From Octopus sinensis (lineage: Eukaryota), in NCBI RefSeq assembly GCF_006345805.1, contig NC_043013.1, positions 21,142,001 through 21,206,000 of the forward strand: a stretch of 64,000 bases of DNA, given 5' to 3'. Positions 24,742 to 38,849 of this stretch are shown here, piece by piece. The translations under genes were made by a program, and so were the position numbers. The notes under the pieces were generated by a model. It did no database searches, was not told the origin of the DNA, and was given only the letters and a program-made list of their open reading frames with translations. Position 1 is the first letter of the stretch. Every line of letters starts with the position of its first letter.

Positions 24742-26032
24742 CAAACAGACAGGCAGACAATTATATGCGTCTACAATTGTTCGTCTGTGTCTCACTATGT
24801 TTGTGTAGTGTATGATTTCATGGAGTTTATCAAATGTGTGCGTCTGAAAGAGTGTTTTATGTACGTAGTTGTGTATCCATAAAGCAGTGTAGTTGATATG
24901 ACTAGAAGGAGAAAGAGAATAAGAAACTACATAGCCTATCTAGATAACAATTAAGTGATAAACAGACTGAATCTTACAACGCCTCTCCAAGCACGACTGG
25001 AACACGCGCGGCATCATTACTTCATTATACAATGTAAGCTGTCTTACATTTACTTTATAAAGACGGAACACCGCCATTTTCGTGATCTGCTGCACAATAA
25101 ACCCTTCTCGATCAATTGCTACTTTATCTTTTGAAGTATCAGCCATTAAAACTTCATAAAACAAATGTCATTATACTTCGTCATATTATTTGTTTCTTTA
25201 TTTTCTTTACGATTTTTCTTTTTGTTATTTCTTGACATTTATATATTCTATTTACTTATCCTTTGGATGTTTTCATCCTATTTTATTGTTAGTTTTCTTA
25301 TTTCAGTTGGCCACCATTAATAAAGTAAATCATTTCTCTTTTGTTTACTAAGGATCTGAAGTATAACATATTTTTCATTGCTAATTATTATAGTTGTTGT
25401 CTCGTTGAAGTTTGCCCTGCTGTTGTTGACGTATGTCTCGTAGTTGTTGTTCAGCTTCTTGTTCGTTTGTAACGGTTGTTTCCATAGATATTGTTGTTGA
25501 CGTTTTTACACCAGTCTTTTACACAGGATTATTTCTTTTCTCTCTGTTTTTGGTGGGTTTTTTTTTTTTTTGTCCCGATTACTACTCATTCATAAATTTT
25601 TAAGAAGGTGGGTTGGAAGGAGGTGGAGAAGAATGAGAATGAAGAATTTCTTTATTTTTTTGAAATGCAGAATTTCTTTATTGAAGAATGAGAATGAAGG
25701 AGATGTTGGATGGATGTGGTAGGATGAATGAGCCATTCGTATTGTTCGGGAAAATTTAGTGAAATAATGAAGTTAGTTTAGAGCTGCGTTGGCGTCCGTG
25801 GTAGGAGAGAGAGGAGGAGGAAGAAAAGAAAACTATAATACTCTGAAGGTTTCGATGATTATCATCATTACGATTAGATAAATAATCTGAGGAAGTCATA
25901 TCAAAAATATTTAAAATAGACCTTATAGCAGTTTTGCTAAATAGGTTGCAATGTTTTCGATCATAGCAAGCTTCTGACTGGCGGAATGCGATGGTGTGCA
26001 GCCTCAATAAATTATATATATATATATATATA

Positions 26033-26107
<75 letters not shown>

Positions 26108-26108
26108 T

Positions 26109-26159
<51 letters not shown>

Positions 26160-26182
26160 ATGTTCCTTTGGTTGTAGCTTAC

Positions 26183-26363
26183 ATTTCGTCTGCCGTTACG
26201 TTCTGAGTTCAAATTCCGACGAGGTCGAATTTGCGTTTCATCCTTTCGGGGTCGATAAATTAAGTACCAGTTACGCACTGGAGTCGATGTAATCGACTTA
26301 ATCCGTTTGTCTGTCCTTGTTTGTCCCCTCTGTCTTTAGCCCCTTGTGGGTAGTAAAGAAATA
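26183..26363 (+). mobile_element. 5'-truncated type-B SINE
   Basis: Starts at ATTTCGTCTGCC, the same internal point as the second units of the tandem arrays. Confidence 0.9.
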
Positions 26364-27515
26364 TATATGTAACTTCATTCATACAAATATATGCGTGTAT
26401 GCACCCACACACACACACACACAGCCACATACACACAGCCACATACACACAGCCACACGCACACATATATTTGTATGTATGTAAATAGCATTTGTTGTCC
26501 CTCGGTGTACACAGTGTGTTGGTTCCACTAGTCATGTTGCCAATCGAAATCATGCAAAGTGAGGGAAACATCATATTTTAATATTGGTTCAAATCTCGGT
26601 GGGGGAGGGGGGAGGTCGATCACATCAGCCTCAGTGCCCTACTAGTACTTATTTTATCGACCCCAAAATGATGGAAGACTGAGTTGACGTCAGTGGAATT
26701 TGAACTCAGGACGTTGAGGAAATCCGAGAGAATGTGACGAGTTGGGAGCTCGCTATCCACTACAAAAGTTGTTCCAGAAATGCTTCCATGAATGGAAACA
26801 ACTCTTGGTAAACTGTGTGGCTCCAGAAGAGGGTTAATACAAAGACGGTTAAATGCCGACCAAAACTTTGCGAGAGGAAGCTCAAATAAAACCGTCGCTC
26901 ACGTGCGTGTGTACGTGCATGTGTGTGCATGCGTGTGTGTGCGTGCGTGTAGGTGTTTATGTGTGTGTGCATGTGTGTGTATGTTTGTGTGCATGTGTGC
27001 GTGTCTGCCTTCCACCACTGCTTAACAAACGGTGTGCTTATGTCCCTTAACTTTGTAGTTCGACAAAAAAAGGCCGATAGAGTAGGTACCAGGCTTTAAA
27101 AGATATATGTACAAGGGTTGATGCGTTCGAATAAAGGTCTTCATGGGAGTACCCCAGCATGGCCGCAGTCTAATGACTGAAATAAATATTAAAAAATATG
27201 GTGTAAAATGTAACAAAGGAAATCCGCTAACCTACATTGCTATAGAGATGGGATTTTGGGGTATTCGTTTGCACTTTCTGAATGCATAGAAATAAAGAAA
27301 AACCACTGACACTCGTGTGTAGTAGTGTGCGTGTGTGTACTACACCTTTTTCTGATGATATCTGAAAAGAAACAGCAATTTTAACAAAGCATATTAAGCA
27401 ACGCCAATAATAAATCAAGAAACATAAATAAACAAGCATTTGACGGTTTTAAAGATATTTCAAAATGATGATGCTATGATGCTAGGTGTTTCCATTATTT
27501 TCTACAGCTCCTGTA

Positions 27516-27930
27516 TACTCTTTTACTCTTTTATTTGTTTCAGTCATTTGACTACGGCCATGCTGGAGCACCGCCTTTAATCGAGCAACTCGACCCCGGG
27601 ACTTATTCTTTTGTAAGCCCAGTACTTATTCTATCGATCTCTTTTGCCGAACTGCTAAGTAACGGGGACATAAACACACCAGCATCGGTTGTCAAGCAAT
27701 GCTAGGAGGACAAACACAGACACACAAATACACACACGCATACATATATACATATATACATATATACGACGGGCTTCTTTCAGTTTCCGTCTACCAAATC
27801 CACTCACAAGGGTTTGGTCGGCCCGAGGCTATAGTAGAAAACACTTGCCCAAGGTGCCACGCAGTGGGACTGAACCCAGAACCATGTGGTTGGTAAACAA
27901 GCTACTTACCACACAGCCACTCCTGCGCCT
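27516..27930 (-). mobile_element. Full-length type-A SINE
   Basis: Reverse complement of 5251-5645 with few differences. Confidence 0.9.
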
Positions 27931-27942
27931 ATATATATAGGC

Positions 27943-27984
<42 letters not shown>

Positions 27985-28628
27985 GAGTGAGTGGACAAAC
28001 GAAAGAAGGGCACTCAATAATTTCATCGAGAGTTACATGTATGGATCAAAACAGTTTGATCCATATATGTGTATGTGTGTGTGTGTGTGCGTGTGCGTAT
28101 GTGTGTGTGTGTGCGTGTGTGTGTGTGTGTGTGCGTGTGTATGTATGTATGTATGTAAACGAATTTATATAACTGTGCAGTCATACAGACCGACAGACAG
28201 GTAGATAGACAGATAGATAGATAGAAAGATAGAGAGAGAGAGAGGGAGAGAGAGAGATGCGTGTATAAGTAATGAGTGTATGCAATAGCGTGTATGATTA
28301 TCTGTGTGGCGGGTACATGAATATCACACCACAGTTTATTGCACGCTGATATCAATGTTTGAGATGATAAATCAAGCAATTTAGTGTGGTTTGTTGTTAC
28401 TTCGACGATTTATCTTCAAAGTTGATTTCGGACATGTTGGTCGTTCCTGTGCAGGGAATGGTTATCTTTGATAGGTGAGACACCTTCCCACAGATAACTC
28501 ATCTTGCATGGAATATCAACGCTCATAATTATATTACACAGATTTATATTCCGCACAACTTCTCTCGCGACATTTAATCTCTCAATCATCTGTGTTTCGT
28601 AAGCGCTAGCGCATATATACATACATAT

Positions 28629-28671
<43 letters not shown>

Positions 28672-28704
28672 TATATACATACATATACACACACACACAC
28701 ACAT

Positions 28705-28747
<43 letters not shown>

Positions 28748-28772
28748 TATATATTATATATATATATGTATG

Positions 28773-28816
<44 letters not shown>

Positions 28817-29895
28817 CGTTCTTACAGACATATACATCATCGTAATAGTGTACAAACAGAGAATCACATATAGGAGTACATGTACACAAAAGTGTTCACT
28901 CATTACACCCATAAGCACACATCTAGTGACAGACAGACAGACAGCTATACAGTCTTACATAAATACATACAGATATAGACTGTGCAACGCAATCACACCG
29001 AAGCATAGACAGAAAATCACAGATATATATGAAGCACATATAAGCACATGTAAGAGCGTGGGTGGGGGGGGGGTTAATGCAGACACAACGAATCATTGAC
29101 ACATACATACGCACAGAGTTACAGGAACACACACATACACATACATAAACTCTCATAAAACTCACAGATATTCAGATTCATACTTACGCTCTACAAATAA
29201 ACTTTTACTCACATACTTGCATAAACGAACACAAAGTTAAATGCATAGACACAAACGCATATCTTTGGACACAGAGAGAAAAAGAGAGAGAGAGAGGTGG
29301 GGGTGAGGAAAGTCATTACGCACATACACTTACGCAATGCACCATTAATATGCCAGGACACATGAAAATACAAAACAACATATACACCCACTTTAGTAGA
29401 CATCAGTAGCCCTCTGATTCATGTATATGTAAATTATTCTTCTCGTGTACATTATGTTCGCATCCCGACACCGACATCGTTTTTATGGGATCTGCCATTA
29501 CGAAGTTCACTTTGACAGCTACCGACACATCCAAGTCTTTTCGGGTTACTAACAGGTTCATGTTCATTACGATTGGAGCGTCCAAATTTTGAGTGTTCCG
29601 TATTCTATCCATAATTTATTGACCAATATAAGTAAAACCCTAGTGGGGAGCCTAAAGGGGTAGTAAATACTGATTCTTTTGCTGTCGGTTGTGGTTTTTA
29701 GTAAGTTCAATATGCCGCTCAATGCATGTGTCTTAGCTACATATGTTCTGTGTGAGGGATCACTTGATAAGATGAGGTTAACGGTATCAACCTACCGAGT
29801 GTACTAGATTAATTGAACGGATTAGTTTTCTGCTCAAAGTTCCCATCCCACTTCACAATAAAATGTCAACCAATGTCTCCGGCAAATGTAATATC

Positions 29896-30128
29896 TGTTT
29901 CTTTATTGCCCACAAGGGGCTAAACATAGAGGGAACAAACAAGGACAGACAATTGGATTAAGTCAATTACATCGACCCCAGTGCGTAACTGGTACTTAAT
30001 GTATCGACCCCGAAAGGATGAAAGGCAAAGTCGACCTCGGCGGAATTTGAACTCAGAACGCAACGACAGACGCAATACCGCTAAGCATTTCGCCCGGTGT
30101 GCTAACGTTTCTGTCAGCTCGCCGCCTT
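29896..30128 (-). mobile_element. Full-length type-B SINE with a perfect 16-bp target-site duplication
   Basis: CGGCAAATGTAATATC at both 29880-29895 and 30129-30144. Confidence 0.92.
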
Positions 30129-31699
30129 CGGCAAATGTAATATCGATTATCTTTCGTTAATTTATAAACTTTCTTGTTAAACAAAAATGTACAGTCCATT
30201 AAGGTGGCTTTAACACTGATACCGGCTGCATGAGCAGCTGTTGTTTTGATGCTCTTAATATTTGAAGGGTAGGGCTAGTCTAGTTCAGTCAGGTCAGTGC
30301 TGACTTGGAGAGATTTTTAATGGAAGAATTGACCGGTGGGATAATAAATATCTATTTGATATTTTTTACTACATACAAGAGCTAGGTATAGGCCCAGCTC
30401 AACAACATTGACTTCATGGAATAACAACACATTTTCACGAATCAGTTCTACTGATTTTTCGGTGGAAAAGTATTTCGATGGAAGGGTACAGTAAAACTAC
30501 ATTCATACTACCGTAACGTAGTTGGTGACTTTGTATTTGTGGTTACAATCGCTGAACCTGATGAGGAGGGGGTCTTCTGCGCTATCACATCTACTGATAT
30601 TTCTATAACTGGTGGGCGTAAGAGAAAGTATGATATTCTGTTGTTGGTACTACATAATCGGAAAGGTCTATCTTCTCGAAATCCCTACTTGGTCTGACCT
30701 CATCTGTTGATGTCCTCCACATAAATGATCCATCGGCCCTTCGTTGGCTACACGAAGAACTGTGAAATCATAGATAGTGGGGTGAACTTCGTCTTGGATG
30801 CCTTTCTCGCCGAATTCAAGTTCATTTTATGTTTTAAGAGTCATCCATTCTTTCATCGCGCTGCTCCGCCTTTCCTGGCTATTTGCACCCCGTTCCTATT
30901 TCGTATTTCCTGCTTTTTCACAAAGCAAGGAAATGGTGCAACACAGAGAATGCTTCTAGGCTTCTTCGTTGTTGATTTTGGTGACGACTGAGGACGAGTC
31001 CGGTCTTCTGGCCATTCTTGGAGCTGCAACTGTTGATGAGGCAGGGGACATTGTTGTAACAGGAGGTTCAGATATTTGTTGTTGTTTCCACTAACGGCAT
31101 TTTTCTCCCTCCCTCCCTCTATCTATCTATATATTTATCTATTAGTCTATGTAACCATATCTCCTTCTCGAGGTCTTTTAGACTCATAACCAATAAATCC
31201 CTTACTTCCACTCACACAGCTAAGCCTTCTGCCCAGTCACCTGACCTTCCTCTCTGCACCCTCAACAGAGCGTCGTTCTACATATTTATTTTTGTGTATC
31301 TCAAGAGCCATTAAGATCTGTAATGACACCCACTGGCCATGTGTCCGCATTATGACTCAAAGGTGACAACTTTATTGGCAAACTTTTTTGGCAATATAAG
31401 GAAATCTCGTATTATGTCGACCCATATTTTGCGGAACTAATGTAGGATAATTGCCTGATTCTCCAACTCAACTGGCCTTTACTTCCTTTCCCCAAATTTA
31501 AAAACTAGATTCACATATCCGTAACGTTTCGCTTAGTTGGTAGGGGAGATATCGCCTCATATATCAACCATGATTATGCTACCTTCAATTACGTTTTGGG
31601 AAATGAAGAAACCCGTTTTTTTCCTTTTCATAGGTAATCTTCCCATTGTTGTTCAATAAAGAAATAGTTGCATTATCAATAGACCCCATTAATCCTAAA

Positions 31700-32458
31700 C
31701 ATTACGTTGACATGCACACCAATAATAAATGGTGAGGAACATTAAATGGTGAACTCTAGTCAAGTTTACTTTGCCCGCCTCTGCTGTGACCACCACCACA
31801 CCAGAATCTACCAGTGAACTGATGTAGACTGCGCAGCGAAGAGAGTCGAGTATGTACAGGTGTTCATACTGCATCTTATGTCCGAGTGTACAGTATGAAC
31901 TTCAATGAGGCGGAGATGTAGTATTACTGTGGGTTTCCTTTCGTCGTTCAGATGACTAACAAACGTGCAATGGAAGTACACTGTCAGGGTTCGCTTGATG
32001 TTACACAACAACAGTTGATATCAATGCACGAGCACCATACTTCTGATACATAGTATATTTCTTTTAAATATTGTAACGTTCAATATACACAGAGTCAATT
32101 TTTCTGATATGTCAAAGCGCTGCTTTGAAATTGATATAACTTGGATTTCATTGATCTGGGTTTTAGAATTAATATTCAAATGTGTAATTGGAAGTGTGGG
32201 AGTTTCAAGCAGTTTATAAAAGATATTTATCTGTCTGTCGTATAAATTGATTTGATATCGAAACTCAGGCTGTGGCAAACTAATTGAAGACAAATCCTTA
32301 TTTTGATGTATGCACAATGTGTTTGTTAAAATTTGATGAATATTTGTCTTCTCACATGATCTACATGACAGGTAGGAAGACAAATTTATTATTTTCAATG
32401 TTAATATAGCAAATAAAATTAAATTACATTGAAAATAGGATTTCCAAATTCTCCACAA
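31700..32458 (-). pseudogene. Possible decayed intronless Ig-superfamily gene (signal-like N-terminus plus two I-set-like domains)
   Basis: The 145-aa ORF has a hydrophobic N-terminus and ETPTLPIT...RFDISEKLTLCILNVT...C. After frameshifts it continues TVYFHCTFVS...KPTVI and ISSLVDSGV...TAEAG. Motif resemblance only. Confidence 0.3.
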
Positions 32459-33159
32459 TCAAACCGAGTCAATTTGTTCAGTATTGCAGGATAAATTTGT
32501 TCCACTGAGATTATTACTGCAACAGCGTATGAGAGATATTGAGTAGGCTGTTGAATCTTACTTTTTACGGTTTCGTCAAAGGAAGAAATGGCAGCATTCG
32601 TGACTTTCTTTCGGCTTCTTCAATACTCATAAGAAGAAATTATTCTCAGACCGAAAGCAAATTTCCAGTACATTGAGCTCGTGAAAAGACTCAAGGGCCA
32701 GGTGCTAATGACAAAACAGGTGACAGGTTACCAGTATACAATTTATGTTAATTACTAAACATGTGCCTTTGCAACAACAACAACAACAACAACAAAACAT
32801 GTGCCTTTGAGAGGAAGGTGAAGTCTGCTTCTTCCACTTCCGAGCTCAACCAGACCCCAAAACTCGACCTCGGTGACATTTGAACTTAGAATGTAAACCT
32901 GGGAAAATGCTGTTAAGTATGCTGTCCTGTGTGCATACGATTATGTCAGCTCGTTCATTAATAGGCAAAAGGTCAGAATTCTGGCGTGAAAGACTAGTGG
33001 GTATATCCACCCCAGAGGTCAGCTGGTAAATTTATCGAACCCAAAAGATGGAATTCAAAGTCGACCGCGATGACATTTGAACTAAGAAAGTAAAGTCAGA
33101 AAAAAAAATGTAGCTAAGTATGTTGTCCGATGTCGCAATGATTCTGCCAGCTCACTGCC

Positions 33160-33160
<1 letters not shown>

Positions 33161-33199
<39 letters not shown>

Positions 33200-33202
33200 G
33201 AA

Positions 33203-33233
<31 letters not shown>

Positions 33234-33264
33234 AAGAAGAAGAAGAAGAAGAAGAAGAAGAAGA
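33161..33264. repeat. (AAT)n-(AAG)n microsatellite next to an old type-B SINE remnant (about 33000-33160, minus)
   Basis: Direct inspection. Confidence 0.9.
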
Positions 33265-34368
33265 AAGAGGGTGATGATGACGACGACGACGGCGAGGAGG
33301 AGAAGGAGGAGGAGGAGGATAATCCGTGAATTTAACAAAAATATTACATTATCACGTTTTTATTTTTCTGGAGTTAAAATGTTTTTCACAAAAAAGTATT
33401 TCCGTGTGCTTACGAGATTATATATATATATATATATGAAAAAGATTGGAAAACTGCTTTTCAGAAGTAAAGATACAACACACGTAATGCATTTATCGTT
33501 AGCATATGAAGGAGAGAAAGAGTTTGAGATACAATTATAAGCTGGTAATAACAATTATTAGACATTATAAATCAAGCAACAACTCGGCGATTGAAATTCA
33601 GGAATCGGAGATTGTTGCACGAGATTATAGGGTGTAAACAAAAACAAAAAAAAAATCACTAATTCATATAGAATGAGATCGAAATCGTTTAGCGAAAGAA
33701 ATGTTTTTGTGTATTAGAACAAGTTGATAGTTTCTGGAATGATCGTGTGTGGTATGACGATCGAGTGTTGGACTGGCAAGAAAAAAAAATATTGAGAATT
33801 TTCAACCTGAAGCCAATCAGATAATCAATGAGAAATGAAATAGCTACTGATGAAATATTTCTATGGATGGAGAGCGCTTGAGAAGAAACATTCACTCGTA
33901 AAACTTCAATGACGCAAAGCAAAAAAAGAACAATGGAGATAAAACTAATTGAAGAAAGTGTATCTACGGGCTAAATGTTAGAAACTGTATTGATATAAAT
34001 AAGCTTATGTTACACTTGTTTCTGAAATATCAGAGAACATAGTTGATTAGAGTATTTTTGTAGTTTTGTCGGTTATATTTCTTTCCTTAAACTTTCAGCG
34101 AACGGTAAGATAATTATTTTTCTATCGAGGCCTAACTTACTCAGTTGGACAATCTTTGGCATCGTGGCCAGGATTACAAAATAATCCTATTTAATGGGAT
34201 GTATTGGTCTGGTGAGCCAGACATCAACTATACAGTCAGCGCGGTTTTGGTGCGCAGGCATGAACGGATGACTACATATATATATATATATATATATGAT
34301 GCACAAACACATACATAAATCTGTGCGTGAGCGTATGTATGTGGACTTTTATACCTATGTTAGTGTGT

Positions 34369-34399
<31 letters not shown>

Positions 34400-34401
<2 letters not shown>

Positions 34402-34648
34402 TGCAGGTGTGACTGTGTAGTGAGAAGCTTGCTTCCCAACGAAATGGTTCCAGGTTCAATCCTACTGCATGACACCTTGGGCAAGTGTCTTCTACTATAG
34501 CCTCGGTCCGACCAAAGCCTTGTCAGTGAATGTATTTACGCCCCCATAATCTAGCGGTTCGGCAAAAGAGACCGATAGGATAAGTTCTGCCCCAGCATGG
34601 CCGCAGGCAAATGACTGAAAGAAGTAAAAGAATAAAAGACTAAAAGAA
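34400..34648 (+). mobile_element. Internally deleted type-A SINE
   Basis: Head and tail match type A; the central part is missing after GCCTTGTCAGTGAAT. Confidence 0.8.
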
Positions 34649-35961
34649 TATATATACAGGAAAATTTTTTCCACGCGTGTAGAAGTATGCAGAAAAGCAA
34701 AGTGATGTTGAAAATGCACTTGCAGTCTTTAAAAAGGCATACTTACATTAATTGCTGGGGTGGGGTGGACAAACTGCCTTGCGCATAAAGTTTCGACACT
34801 GTAGCCTGAGTTCAACTCCTATCAATATCACTTTTGATTTTTCACCTTTTTGGGATCGATAAAATAAAGTACCAGTCCTTGGTGCTGGTTTAGTGGAATT
34901 ACCACTGGTTGTAACACTATCATCCCGTAGCTCGTGGTTACATTTACCAGAGGCTATTCTCCTTTACGAATTCAGACCAGGATTGCGGTTTGAGGATAAC
35001 TTCGGCCCTCTCTCCCCGTCCTTTGGAAATCCTGAAGAAAGAGAAAAATTCAGGAAATGGTCATGCGGGATGCTCTTCTTTCCCTGATTATAACAGTAAA
35101 AGTAACTGCCGCAAAATCTATTTCTCTAAATTTGAAAAATTACACTGACTCAACCCCACCACCACCCCAATAACAAATTGATGCATCAGCTTCCTCTTTA
35201 TTCATTACTCTTACATTTTTTCCACATTTATCATTTTCAAAACAATAATTTTGTCCCTCTATAATTTTCAGCAAATGCATTCGCTCATCCCAACCTAAAC
35301 GTCGATTAGCTCGATCTGATCATACAACCACATCGACCCATCAGTTTGTTGGAAAGTTGCAGCGGCTATGAAATGACTATTATTTCTGAAATGTAGGGGT
35401 GTATAAATATTTATTCCCTCATAAACTGTTTTATTGAAACAACCTCAGTTTATGAGGAAATGCTTTTAATCACGCTGTAAATTAACTTTATTAAATATGT
35501 CGAATTCTAATAAATCAAGTTGGAAATTTATCAGCAGTGAAATAATAATTGTATAAAATATTATAGTAACTGATATCCAGGAAGCTATAATAACAGTGTT
35601 TATTAATGATGGAATCGAAAATAAATCAGTTTTACGATGAAAATAATTGGTAGCAGAGATTGCATGACAACTGCAAACGTCTTGCCAGGTTATAGATTTC
35701 TTGTTAGTACAACTTCACGCGACATTTTCAGTGAAGGAATGAGCATTATAACATTCGTCTAGAGGTTTGTGGTCTTTTTTTCCAGCAGAACCAATAAATA
35801 GAAATATCAATGCAGTAACCTTCTCACATAACAACGTGAGTACTTTGGGACAGTTTCGACCTACTGGAAATACTAACCAAACATCCCTCGAATTCTCTTT
35901 CAAGGATTCATGTATAAACAGAATAGGCACGGCTAGATCACCTTTAATCAACAATATTTAG

Positions 35962-36372
35962 TTTTCTCTTTTATCTTTAACATGTGTCAGTCATTAGACT
36001 GTTGCCATGCTGGGGCACCGCCTCCAAGAACTTTTAGTCGAGTTAACCAGCCCCAGTTTTCATTTTATTTTTAAAAACTGGTACATATTCTGTCGAATTC
36101 TTTTGCCGAACCGCTATGTTACGAGGACGTAAACACTCCAACACCGGTTATCAAGCGGTGGTGGGGGACAAACAGACACACACACACACACACAGACACA
36201 TAATAAACACAACGAGCTTCTTTCAGTTTCCGTCTACTAAATCTACTAACAAGGCTTTGGTCAGCCAGAAGCTGTAACAGAAGACACTTGCCCATGGTAT
36301 CGCGCGGTGGGACTGAATCCGGAACCGTGTGGTTGGGAAGCAAGCTTCTTACCACACAGCCATGCCCACGCC
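35962..36372 (-). mobile_element. Full-length type-A SINE
   Basis: Reverse-complement match along its length. Confidence 0.85.
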
Positions 36373-37360
36373 TTTTTTTTATACTGAGATATCACTGACC
36401 TCCTGATTATCAACATGGCCTGGTCAACATGATTATGAATAGTTGTGACGTGGTCAGTTTTAACAGCGATATCACGTATGTAAAAATAAAAAACTTACCT
36501 GAAATAGAAACTTTCTTTCGTTCATTTTCCGTGGTCATTTGGAATCTGAAATTTAAGATTCTCGTCAAGATTAGTGGTGACTTCGTATCACTGGGTAGAA
36601 CGAAATTGTTACAATGAAATTGTAATAATATTTTCTATCGCACCAGATTTTTGTTTTTCGTTTCATATTTGTTATAGAGTTTAAGATTGTTATAGAACTT
36701 AAGGTGATGTAGCGAATGTTTTATATTGATGTCATTTCTTAGAGCTTAGTGAATATAAATCGTGGTATTTCATGCAGAAAGTGCAGATCAGTTCTATCCC
36801 GGGGGCGGGGCGGCTTGTCATATTTATTTGCATCATTTGCAACACTTTATTACTTGACTGGTTCCTGATTTTACCGATTCTGGAAGAATAAACTGCAAAG
36901 TTAGACTTAGTATCTGAGTTCCATGCCTAAAGGTTCCTAACACCGGAAGATATTTCGTCCGACACTAAGCCAATTTTGCGAATCAATATTGATATGGTAA
37001 AGTGTGATATAAGAACGTACCCTTGTGCATAGACATACAACTATATTAACTTGTTTGTGTGTGAACGTGTGTGGATATATGTGTAACGTACACACACACA
37101 CACACACTCACACACGCACACACATACGCGCATAAATACACGCACATAGGTGCGCGCAAATATACATAATTCTCAAACTGATTATGAATTCTACACCTCA
37201 CAATCGTCCAGTTACTGTCCCCACTTTATATTATCAAAGAGGAGTCCATATACATATTTGACGATAATATTTTACTCTGTCTGGTCACTCGACTTGCTAG
37301 AAACAACAACTTTCCTGTAAAATGGAACAGATATATATATCGGATAATTTAGTTCCTCAT

Positions 37361-37754
37361 AGGAGTGGCTGTGTGGTAAGTAGCTTGCTTACCAACCACA
37401 TGGTTCCTGGTTCAGTCCCACTGCGTGGCACCTTGGGCAAGTGTCTTCCACTATAGCCTCGGGCCGACCAAAGCATTGTGAGTGGATTTGGTAGACGGAA
37501 ACTGAAAGAAGCCCGTCGTACATGTGCGTATATGTTTGAATGTGTATATGTTTGTGTGTCTGTGTTTGGCCCCCGACCATCGCTTGACAACCGATGCTGG
37601 TGTGTTTACGTACCTGTAACTTAGCGGTTCGGCGAAAGAGGCCGATATAATAAGTACTAGTCTTACAAAGAATAAGTCCTGGGGTCAATTTGCACAAGTG
37701 AAAGGCAGTGCTACAGTATGGCCACAGTCAAATGAATGAAACAAGTAAAAGAGT
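37361..37754 (+). mobile_element. Full-length type-A SINE
   Basis: Colinear match to 5251-5645. Confidence 0.9.
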
Positions 37755-38518
37755 ATACCTTATAACTGAAAGCAAATGCTGCTTGTACACGGCTACAATT
37801 CCTTGAACCTGTTTCTTCCAGATCAGATTTGACGAGGCTCAGTACAAAGACAGGAATATCAACATTGTCAAAAACCAGAAGGTTGTCTACTTATTTCACA
37901 AATACAACTATTTGTCATCAGTGAAATTTGCTGAACATTTAACCAGGTAATTACCCTTTGAAACTTCATCTTAGCAGAGAGTTTCTGTGATCTTATTTTA
38001 GCTGAGGAAGCAAAATTATTTTTTTCTCGGGAATATCTCTGAAGTTAATTCTCTTCCGAAAATGACTCATGGATGATATATCTCTTTAGTAATGCATCAT
38101 TTTTATTTGTTTGATTTTTGCTTTTTTTTTTTTTTCAAAATAACATTTAATTTTCACATTGCTTAATTGAGCTACGTTGAATTTCAAACAGAATTAAAAA
38201 TTAATTAACCTACTTACAAACAGTCAATTCTACTAATTAAATGAATTTTAATCAAATTTTTGTCAAAGTAAATTGTTTTTATTGCTATAGTTTGCATCGA
38301 AATGAGTCGGCTTCTTTGGGATTTCTGTATCAAGATCATAGTCACATCCCCTGTAACCCTACACATACATTTCCTATACAGTTACATACACACACTTCTC
38401 CTGAAGAGGTTATGAAGAATTCCCTCCAACGTAAAGTTATCATGTTGTACATTCTGTAGTTTAAACAATAAAGACGTTCACTAAATTTCTGCAGGCCAGC
38501 ATATAATGCAAATTCTAG

Positions 38519-38519
<1 letters not shown>

Positions 38520-38571
<52 letters not shown>

Positions 38572-38849
38572 CGTGTGTGTGCGTTCGTGTCTGTGTGCGT
38601 GTGCATGTGTCTGTGTGTATGTATATATGTATGTATGTATGTATGCATGCATGTATGTATGTGTGTATGCATGCATGTATGCATGTATGTGTGTATGTGT
38701 GTGTGTGTGTGTGTATGTATATATGTATGTATGTATGTGTGTTGGAATGTATATATGTATGTATGTATGCATGTATGTATGTATGTATGCATGCATGCAT
38801 GTATGTATGTATGCATGAATGCATGTATGTGTGTGTGTGTGTGTATGTA
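38520..38849. repeat. (TA)n/(TG)n/(TATG)n block
   Basis: Direct inspection. Confidence 0.95.

Noticed and set aside
24940-25164. 74-aa ORF containing AAAATGGCGG, a possible first exon
   Set aside because: No recognisable homology, an ambiguous donor and no promoter evidence.
29403-29612. 69-aa ORF, and an alternate-frame CVGSCQSELRN resembling a Ly6 CCxxxxCN end
   Set aside because: Too few cysteines, key residues are missing, and there is no convincing splice structure.
31472-31495. LGKGSKGQL resembling a kinase glycine-rich loop after the Ig-like region
   Set aside because: No VAVK, HRD or DFG motifs were found downstream in any frame, so a receptor kinase call is unsupported.
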